A DNA stretch of 64,000 nucleotides from Barthelona sp. PCE (taxonomy: Eukaryota), in NCBI GenBank assembly GCA_040285745.1, contig JAUFOR010000003.1:1054001-1118000 (forward strand). Direction: 5' to 3'. The position numbers and the translations under genes were made by a program. Positions 52,345 through 60,614 of the stretch are shown here, piece after piece. The notes under the pieces are model-generated. The model saw nothing but the letters and a program-made list of their open reading frames with translations, did no database searches and was not told where the DNA came from. Within the stretch, counting starts at the first letter, position 1. Each line of letters opens with the position of its first letter.

Positions 52345-52807
52345 CTAATTACTCTGATTCTCCAGGCGTTCTTTAAACTCTAAAATATCTTGGTTCTTCA
52401 GGGCTAACTCGTTCTGCTTCTCCTCAATAGCCTTTTCAAGTTTGTCAGTTTCATTCTTAATCAATTGTGATTTACGGTTAGTTTCTGCAAAGATCTCATG
52501 AATATCCTTCACCATAAGAGCAGGTCCGGCCTTTTGGTATGTGACTGGTTCTTCATCTTCAGATTTTAACTTGTTCAATTCCTTAAAGTTAGAAAAAGTG
52601 GATCATTGTGCAGGCATTCTGAAATGCCTATTGCACTTTGGTGTGCCCAAAATATGTTCATACGTTGACGACAAGACGGTTCTCATTGTACCTACCGATC
52701 AATTCTTGACGTTTTTGGGTTAGCTTTGAGTATTCCATTTGGAAATTCCTAAACTCTTGAGTTTTGACTTCAATCAATTGCTGCAGTGTTGTGTTATCGA
52801 CGGGCAT
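52345..52807 (-). CDS. PFDN6: Prefoldin subunit 6 (beta type); exons 52664-52807 and 52345-52581
   Basis: Spliced ...KRQELIGRYNENRLVVN|ELNKL...YQKAGPALM...RKSQLIKNE, the PFD6 pattern; 126 aa. Confidence 0.88.
52582..52663 (-). other. Spliceosomal intron, 82 nt
   Basis: GTATGA donor, TCTAACTTTAAG end; phase 0 in-frame join. Confidence 0.92.
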
Positions 52808-53020
52808 GTGATGGACTGTGTGAAAAGGGGAGTTTTGTCGTTATCAGCTTTTTTTCGTTAACTGACCGTCCCATGGGGAATGTATCTCGTTGTTTACGTG
52901 GGTTAGGATAGTGAAAAGCAGTGAACTATATTCTGTGAGGAATAAAAAAAATGCGCAAACCATTCACACATTGCTTCTCTTCACTGTTATTCTTTTTCTA
53001 ACCTTTTATCAATACAAAGA

Positions 53021-54019
53021 ATGCGTAAATCAGGGAGACTTACACATCAGAGGGTATTAAAGATGCTGGGATTAACCAGCGATGCGAATTCACAAAACGT
53101 CAAGACTCTCCATCTTCCAGGGTCTTCAAGCAAGGCAAAGATCACAGAATTGGGGGATGGCCTCGTTGCATTCCCAAATGTCCAAAATCTTGACCTCTCA
53201 CGTAATAAGATCCAAAGTGTTGATGGCTTATTGCATTTAACTGGTCTTAAGACCCTTATTCTCTATTTTAATAGTATCACAAGCATTGAAGAGGTTCTTA
53301 AACTCGGATGCATGGCCTCTTTAAAGGAATTAGATTTGAGGTTAAATGGTGTTACTACAGTCAAAGACTATCGTTTGCTGGTTATTCGTTTTATTCCTTC
53401 TTTAATAATGCTTGATGGAGCTAAGGTGTTCCCGGATGAGCGCATTGCTGCTCAGAATATGCGTTATGTTCTACCGAGTGAACGAAGACCCAAGCGTGTT
53501 CACAAAAAGAAGAAAGAACAAGATGAGCCTTCCAGTTTGATGTCCATTCAAAGTGTTTGTGTACCGTTTGTTTCAATTAAGGACGAGGAAGAATCGGATC
53601 TATTGAGGCTCAAACCATCAAAGAAGGATAAAGAGTTTAGCGGAGAGAGTGAAAGAGTTGTTGATAATTTATTGGAGTTAATTCTTAATTTAGGTGTAGA
53701 AGCAACTGAAGATAAGCTCAGAAACACTTTACGCTACATAATTGATCCGTTAACAAAACATTCAAGTGAATCATTTGCAGAAAAGGAAAAAGAGAATGAT
53801 GAACTGCAAAAACAATTAAATGATTATCAAAAAGTCATTCATGATTATGAAAGCCACACACAGACACTGGATATGCTTAGCAAAAGTCATGAACAAATTC
53901 TTAAAACTAATGAACATCTTTTGGCACAAATTGAAAAGAAAGATCAACATATTGTTCAATTGAACAGGGAATATAGTGAGAGACTGCAACGCATTCATCA
54001 GAAAATCGATAGTATGTAA
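53021..54019 (+). CDS. CEP72/LRRC36-like LRR plus coiled-coil centrosomal protein
   Basis: LHLPG...KITELG, LDLSRNKI, LILYFNSI, LDLRLN, DYRLLVI LRR-cap; C-terminal coiled coil. Confidence 0.8.
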   Translation: MRKSGRLTHQRVLKMLGLTSDANSQNVKTLHLPGSSSKAKITELGDGLVAFPNVQNLDLSRNKIQSVDGLLHLTGLKTLILYFNSITSIEEVLKLGCMASLKELDLRLNGVTTVKDYRLLVIRFIPSLIMLDGAKVFPDERIAAQNMRYVLPSERRPKRVHKKKKEQDEPSSLMSIQSVCVPFVSIKDEEESDLLRLKPSKKDKEFSGESERVVDNLLELILNLGVEATEDKLRNTLRYIIDPLTKHSSESFAEKEKENDELQKQLNDYQKVIHDYESHTQTLDMLSKSHEQILKTNEHLLAQIEKKDQHIVQLNREYSERLQRIHQKIDSM

Positions 54020-54035
54020 TTAAATTAACTAATAA

Positions 54036-54947
54036 TCAATGAAATTCTTCTTTTTCTTCTTTTGTTTTTTGTATTTGTTTAATTCTCTTTGATAATCGCT
54101 CTATAAGAGGAACAAATACAAACCCCTGGATAGAGGCAAGTGAAAAAACATTTAAAATTGGTGTATCAGGAAAATAATGAAAGTTTTCAAAATTCACTCT
54201 AACTTCTGCTCCTCTGAACAAACTAATCATTGGAAACATTTTCTTATCATGCTTCTGACCGATGTCAGCGAAAGCAATCCCTAAAAACTCACCATTTTTG
54301 AAAAAACTGATTTCCGTCTGATATGTCGCTATTTCTGTTTGTAAACGTATATTTGATACTATTAATTCAGGTGAATCACGCCAAAATATTGCGTCTTGTG
54401 TAATAAAAGACTTACGTGCTACATTACTGTAACGAATTGAACAACCAATGATGTCACCTTTTTTGAAACTTTGATTTTTTCCATAAAAATATCCTCTGGA
54501 ATTATGAAAAACGGTTGCTTTATCACTTCTAATACCGTATCCCTTCGTGGTGAACCCACAATATGAATGAATCTCATCATCTTCTTCTGCCCAACCAACA
54601 CGAACGCATCCTTCATCATTAACTAAGACCACTTCATAATACCATGCTAAACCTGTTGGGTCATTGGACAGATCAATGTGAGGGTGGGAAGAAGGTCTAC
54701 TGCTGCCGTTAACACCATGTGTTCCGAAGACACTGCAGTAGGGACCGACACTCTGAGCAGATAAAAGATCACCATCCTCATTTAACCTCATTTGCGGTGC
54801 TCTGTTGAACGGGTTCAGGCATGGGTAATCCGTGGTCCATCGTAAAAACTTCTTCTGAATATCTGCGGCTTTAATTTCAGGATTACTGAAATCAGCATCA
54901 GGTGTGAATTCAATAGATGGTGCTGAGTGGTTTAACACGGGTTCCAT
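54036..54947 (-). CDS. SPRY-domain protein, ASH2L/Bre2-like (COMPASS subunit)
   Basis: Y.SV.GTHGV, WYYEV, VRVGW, YGIRS.KATVFHNSRG..YG, GDIIGC, FFKNG..LGIAF.DI, FPMISLF, VRVNF. Confidence 0.8.
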   Translation of the reverse strand: MEPVLNHSAPSIEFTPDADFSNPEIKAADIQKKFLRWTTDYPCLNPFNRAPQMRLNEDGDLLSAQSVGPYCSVFGTHGVNGSSRPSSHPHIDLSNDPTGLAWYYEVVLVNDEGCVRVGWAEEDDEIHSYCGFTTKGYGIRSDKATVFHNSRGYFYGKNQSFKKGDIIGCSIRYSNVARKSFITQDAIFWRDSPELIVSNIRLQTEIATYQTEISFFKNGEFLGIAFADIGQKHDKKMFPMISLFRGAEVRVNFENFHYFPDTPILNVFSLASIQGFVFVPLIERLSKRIKQIQKTKEEKEEFH

Positions 54948-55100
54948 CTGATTGTTAAGTTACTGTGACTTCAAACTGTTGAAAGAGTTGAGAAATTGTT
55001 ATAACAAATTCTAAAATGAAAATTCATGCATTAATCTTTCCACAACAACAAGTAAATCTCAACTGTGGCATCAAAATCATAAATTAAGAACCTGTTTTTA

Positions 55101-55841
55101 CTAATAAGATTTCATGCATGCTGTGATGTTATCAAAATCTTGGTTCTTCATCTTAAACATATGACGGTGCAAGTAACTGTCTCTTGCTACATCAGCGACA
55201 TTAACAGTAGGTTTCTTCACCTTCTTTTCCATGTGAATACTAGGAACAATTTTTGCTGGTTGGAAGACATCCGGATCGCTTTCTTTTAACCCATGATTCA
55301 AGAATTTCTTTGATATTCTCTGCTTAGGTAAGCTTTCTAAATCAATAGTATTGTACAAATGATCTTGAGGTGCTCTATTAATACGTTTACGAGATTTTTG
55401 ATATTCTTTGCAATTCTTTGTAGGAATATAACGCCTTGAGGGCTTCCAGTTCTCTGTAAAATCCATCTCACCAAGCTTAGTATGTTTAGTATGAGCATAA
55501 AGTCTGGCTTCTCTCTCTTTGCAACGACGACGAATGGGAACTGTTTCTTCTGACACTGGTGGGGGTACAGGTCGCAGTAAAGGTCTGTCTGGACGATTGT
55601 ATGACGTTGGTTTTCCAGCAAATGTTGTGTCATACTTAATTTTTTTGACAGACAAACCTTCACGACGATACGGCTTTTCCTTTGGTGGTGTGACCATTTT
55701 ACGCTTAGGTCTGTGTTCTATTTTAACATAACTAGTGTCAAATATGTGAGATGTAGGTTGTCCATAGCAACGCTTCTGAGGACGAGGTATTTGATAGTCA
55801 ACAGTGTTGAAAGATGTAGCAAACGGTGCAGTTGATGCCAT
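55101..55841 (-). CDS. Hypothetical basic protein (246 aa)
   Basis: K/R/P-rich ORF; start at ATG 55841 after a pyrimidine leader; AGTAAA overlaps the stop. Confidence 0.7.
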   Translation of the reverse strand: MASTAPFATSFNTVDYQIPRPQKRCYGQPTSHIFDTSYVKIEHRPKRKMVTPPKEKPYRREGLSVKKIKYDTTFAGKPTSYNRPDRPLLRPVPPPVSEETVPIRRRCKEREARLYAHTKHTKLGEMDFTENWKPSRRYIPTKNCKEYQKSRKRINRAPQDHLYNTIDLESLPKQRISKKFLNHGLKESDPDVFQPAKIVPSIHMEKKVKKPTVNVADVARDSYLHRHMFKMKNQDFDNITACMKSY

Positions 55842-55971
55842 TTCACAAATAGAAATGGAGTAGAAAAGTGAAAAAAATGAATTCAAAAATTTTTGTTATG
55901 TAAACAACTTGTTTTTCTTTAGTTTTTACTCTGATGCACCACTCCTAACTAGAAATACGAGCCTGAGATTC

Positions 55972-56348
55972 TTATTGGCACTTCTTGGAAGAGAAACCGT
56001 TCTTTGCGACTCTCCTGACGTGCTTAAGGTAACGCATACGGCCAGTACCGGTGGAACGACGACGGGAGTTCTTTAAGGCCCAGTTGTAAGAACGCATCTT
56101 AGCCTCGGGATAACCACAGGAAGCACAGCGGCTCTTCTGGATGTGGTAGCTACGCTTGCCGCAACGAACACACAAAGTGTGGGATTTGGAGTTACGCTTA
56201 CCGAATGAGGCAGTACCTTTGGTCTAAATGTTAAGTGACGTAAAGAAACAAAGAAAATGTGCTAAACCCCCCTTTATACCATGTTGTGCTGTTTAAGTAA
56301 GCACGGCATTGGGCTCTATACACCCTTTTCTTTGTTAAAATATACCAT
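55972..56348 (-). CDS. RPL37: 60S ribosomal protein L37 (eL37); exons 56346-56348 (ATG only) and 55972-56223
   Basis: [36 protein letters not shown]...[14 protein letters not shown]. Confidence 0.96.
56224..56345 (-). other. Spliceosomal intron, 122 nt, forming a long hairpin
   Basis: ATG|GTATAT donor, CTTAACATTTAG end; alternative ATG|GTATAA donor at 56279. Confidence 0.8.
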
Positions 56349-56888
56349 TGTTAAGATATCAGAGAATAAAAGGAAAAGAAGTTGCTTATAACGATACAGT
56401 CTTATTTACTTAGCAAAAAACATGCTTTGTGCCACGGTTCACCGGTACATCAGTGTGATTGGGTGAAATTTTAGCGGAAAAAGTACCCTCCACAGAAAAA
56501 ACTTCATTTTTTCATATGAAAACACTGTGACATGTGTGTAAATGTTATACAACACGAGTTAAATCGCTGCATAACTTGTAAAAGGTAAACAGAAGAAAAA
56601 TGGAATTTCTGTTGCTAAACCCTGTTTGTTGTAAAAATTGGTATTTTTTTGATGCTTTGTATTAAATAATTACCTCTCAATGAACAAAAATTAGTTATTT
56701 GTATGGGTTACCTATTCTAAACAAAAACAGGTTCGTTTTTATAATACTTATGTTGAAGTAAATCAACAAAAAGAAATCCCAATGTATCATAAAGGCCAGT
56801 TTTCGGATCCGGAGCACTATTACTAAAACAGATTGTTGCTATCAATTTTCACCTTTTCTTTATCCATTTTTTACTTAGATTGACTCAT

Positions 56889-58730
56889 ATGTCATCCGTA
56901 CAGATTGCAAGGGAGGAGATGACGCGCTATCTGCACTCGTTACTGAACGAGGACCAGAATTCTCGTTCAATCTCTGATAAGAACGAACTTATCCGTGAGC
57001 TGGGCAAGTGTGCAAACTTCTTCGAGCAAGAGATGCGCACCTCCACGGAACAAATTCAAATGCTTCGTGTTAGTCTTCAATCAAGTGAAAACTCAGCAAC
57101 CTCATTACAGGAAGAACTTGAAGAAATGACCAAACGACTCAAGGCACTGAAGGACGCATCCCACATCCCTCGTAATAAGACCTCCAAGGAGGTTGAAGAG
57201 GAAGTATCAGCCTTACTTCAGGATATTGAAATCTTTGCGATTAACTGCAACGTTGATACAAGTTCTCTGCTCACCAAGAACATTCTTGCCGAAGTATGTC
57301 GTGGTTTTGACAGTGACATTATCTCAGAAGAGGAACGTATTTCGATTTTGCTTGATTTGAAATTTAAGAAATTGAGCGAATTAATTCTTTTATTAAAGAA
57401 CCGTATTAACCTCTATGAAGAGAATCTTTCACAAAAAACAGTTTTGGAGAAGTGGGGTAACATTAATATTTTAATCGAAGAAAATGATCGATTAAAGAGA
57501 GAGAATGATTTGCTTAGACAACGAGAAAAGCGTTATTTCAAGAAACCACTGTTACGCCGTAGAAATCAGGTTAAAACACCTGCTGAACATATGCGTTTTC
57601 TATCTTTTGCTTTACAAAATGAGTTAACAGTTGTTCGTGAACGTTTAGAGAAGTTTGAAGGCCGTTATGTCGATAATCCAGAAGAAATCCCAGCCGAATC
57701 ATTCGAAACAGAGTTGGAGTTCAACGAATTTATTACTAGTCTGCCAGATGGTGTTGAAGAAGAAGCCAAGGCACATGAACTGGCTGTGGAGGGTATGAAC
57801 AGATCGGAGCTCACTAATATGTATGAGACGAAGGTTTCCACACTAGAATTGAAGATTAGTGACTTACAAGATTATATCACAAATTACATCAATATTCAGG
57901 ACTCTATAAATTCTGCAAACAAAATATTAGATAATTTGGGTAAATTGCCAACTAGTAGCTTTAAGAAGAAGGATTACAGAAGAATAGAATCTCTATCTAC
58001 TGAGACTAATCAATTAAGTGAACAGAATTTGTTATTACTCTCTTCTTTGCGAGAAAATCAACAATCTTTGCGTCTTAACACTGATTTAGTCAACGATTTA
58101 GTGATGAAGAACAATTTATTGGAGCAAGTTATTGTTGAAAAGAATCGTCGTAATACACAGTTGTCCAGTGCATTGAAACAATATAACAGCAAGTATATTT
58201 CTATCAAATCCAGTCTTTCTTGCCTGTATTCACTTTGTCTTGAGATGCTGGGCTCAGTCATGGATGATAATCAAAAAGAAGCTATTGTATCAATTGTTAA
58301 ATCATTTGTTGCTGCTAACAACGTTACTTCAGATGAAGTTGATGATTTTGAAAGGATAATTCACGTTGAGAACTATGGTATCAATCTTTCTGAAGACTTT
58401 GTTGTTTTACATCTACTAACAACAATATTAAAGGAGTCTGGTGAGTATATTCCTAAAGAGCATCTGAACTCCTTCCAAAATCTCATCAGCTTGTTGCAGA
58501 ACGAGTTCTCCAGTCAACTGCGTAAGGAGTTCATGGATATCCTGCATAGTTATGACTCTGTACAGAATGAGAATTACGATATTTTGAAGGATAAAATTAG
58601 TAAGTTTATTTTGAAACGAAAGACACAGCGATTTGTACAAACAGATCCATTAGAGGTCACCAACAGACATATTCAAACAGAGACAATTGAAGAAGAACCA
58701 CGCAGAGGTAAGTCAAGAGCTAGAAAATAA
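56889..58730 (+). CDS. Coiled-coil protein (613 aa)
   Basis: Long ORF from ATG 56889; C-terminal VQTD/IQTE motifs resemble LC8-binding QT sites. Confidence 0.8.
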   Translation: MSSVQIAREEMTRYLHSLLNEDQNSRSISDKNELIRELGKCANFFEQEMRTSTEQIQMLRVSLQSSENSATSLQEELEEMTKRLKALKDASHIPRNKTSKEVEEEVSALLQDIEIFAINCNVDTSSLLTKNILAEVCRGFDSDIISEEERISILLDLKFKKLSELILLLKNRINLYEENLSQKTVLEKWGNINILIEENDRLKRENDLLRQREKRYFKKPLLRRRNQVKTPAEHMRFLSFALQNELTVVRERLEKFEGRYVDNPEEIPAESFETELEFNEFITSLPDGVEEEAKAHELAVEGMNRSELTNMYETKVSTLELKISDLQDYITNYINIQDSINSANKILDNLGKLPTSSFKKKDYRRIESLSTETNQLSEQNLLLLSSLRENQQSLRLNTDLVNDLVMKNNLLEQVIVEKNRRNTQLSSALKQYNSKYISIKSSLSCLYSLCLEMLGSVMDDNQKEAIVSIVKSFVAANNVTSDEVDDFERIIHVENYGINLSEDFVVLHLLTTILKESGEYIPKEHLNSFQNLISLLQNEFSSQLRKEFMDILHSYDSVQNENYDILKDKISKFILKRKTQRFVQTDPLEVTNRHIQTETIEEEPRRGKSRARK

Positions 58731-59153
58731 AATTGTAAAATTATTGTTTTTGAAATTTTGTGTTTTTGCATTTTTTGCACATGAATGTGATTGGTATCGC
58801 CTGGAAACCCTGTTTGAGATTGAATTAGGACATAAAAATGGAGAGTAGTGTAACATACATATCTGAGAAAAACCCTCCAAAATATTACCCTTTACATACC
58901 TGTTCATTGTTTATCAAGGGGTATCTACACAATACGACAGTTCAAAAATTGCATAAAGTAATCAACGAAAGTGATTTCTTTTTGGCAGGGTTTCATTGTT
59001 TTTCTTCATTCAAGTTTTGTGTACCGTTATAGGTACTTTATATTCATTTTCTGAACACGATGATCAACGAGGGAACTGAAGGCGTTTATAGACAAATGTT
59101 TTCAATTATCTTTCTTTTTCGAGCTTCTTTTCGTTTGTTATAGCAGGTTTCAC

Positions 59154-60540
59154 ATGCAAAAACCTACAAGACCGCAGAAAAGACAGCATCCATCGCTGGA
59201 AACGTCTTTCTATGCAAATAAGAATCAAAGACAGCTGAGCATGGGTATGCTTCATAATATGTTCAATGAGGGGGTACAGTTCCCCTTTAGAACACGCCTG
59301 TACAGGTTCAAGCTAATATTTAGATGTACATAGTGAGTCAGAAACTTTACACGAGATACAGCTGGGAGAGACTATTTCTGTTCCTTTTGGCGATGCAGAA
59401 AACCCCACAATGATCTCCTACGTTGTACAGAAGATTGTGGGAACAGGTAGTTTTGGTGTTGTTTTCCTAGCTACTTGCACACCCCCTGGAGGTGAGTCTT
59501 ACACGGTTGCCATCAAGAAGACATTGATGGATCGGCGTTTCAAGAACCGTGAACTCGCAACCATGAAATCATTACGGCATTGTAACGTTGTCAGATTCCG
59601 TTTAGCATTTTTTACTCCTTCATCTCAGAACGCAAACGACATATATCTTAATGTCGTCATGGAGTATTACCCAGAGACTCTAGCAAGAGTTATTAGACAT
59701 TATTTGCATCAACGTCAACGTTTATCAATTAATCTAATCCGTTTATATGCATTCCAGTTGCTTCGTGGGTTGTTCTATGTACATTCTAAGAAGATATGTC
59801 ACCGTGATATTAAACCGCAGAATATTCTTCTTAATCCCAGAACATCTCAAATAGTACTATGTGATTTTGGTTCAGCCAAGGCGTTGAAGGTAGGTGAACC
59901 TAATGTTTCTTATATCTGTTCACGTTATTATCGTGCTCCAGAGTTGATTTTTTCAGCTACCCAATATACAACTGCTATTGATATGTGGTCAATAGGATGC
60001 GTTATTGCAGAATGTTTAATAGGAAGACCATTGTTTCATGGTGAAACTGGTATTGATCAACTAATTGAAATTATGAGAGTTTTAGGAACTCCAGATCAGG
60101 ATACTATCACTAAAATGAATCCCAGTGGTTCTACTGTCTATCATCTACCTTCGATCAGACCGCATTCATTAGTTAAAATATTTGGTTTTGGATCAAGGAT
60201 TAAGCGAGATGTCAACATTCAGTATTTAGTGGATTTGATTTCTAGTTTATTGGTGTATGATCCTTCTCAACGTTTGACAGCAAAACAGTCATTATTTCAT
60301 CCATTTTTTGATTGTATTCGTAATGATGACTCAATCCCTATCGTTGTCCAATGGTCAGAAGAAGAATGGGGCCATTTCAGTGAGGATGAACGCCAAAAGA
60401 TTGGTTTCAACCCTCCAGTTAATTCTCATAGCACTCAAAACAATACTGAAAGTTTCAATGTGTCTGCAAACACAAGTACTCCTCATGATGAATCTCTTGT
60501 TAATAGACGAAAGAGGTCACATTCTACTGTGCGTTCTTAA
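59154..60540 (+). CDS. GSK3: Glycogen synthase kinase 3; exons 59154-59244 and 59324-60540 (435 aa)
   Basis: GTGSFGVV, AIKK, DRRFKNREL, HRDIKPQN, CDFGSAK, GEPNVSYICSRYYRAPELIF; N-terminus extended by an intron. Confidence 0.95.
59245..59323 (+). other. Spliceosomal intron, 79 nt
   Basis: GTATGC donor, GCTAATATTTAG end; phase 1 join (ATG G|AT) in frame with the kinase. Confidence 0.88.
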
Positions 60541-60614
60541 AGTATGTAAATGAAAAGTAAGAATATCATTTTACAAATAATTTAGGTTCAGTTGGACGGT
60601 AAAGACAACCGTGG

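Noticed and set aside
4316-54019. Apparent functional cluster of ciliary and mitotic genes
   Set aside because: They are interspersed with unrelated housekeeping genes on both strands, as expected in a compact flagellate genome.
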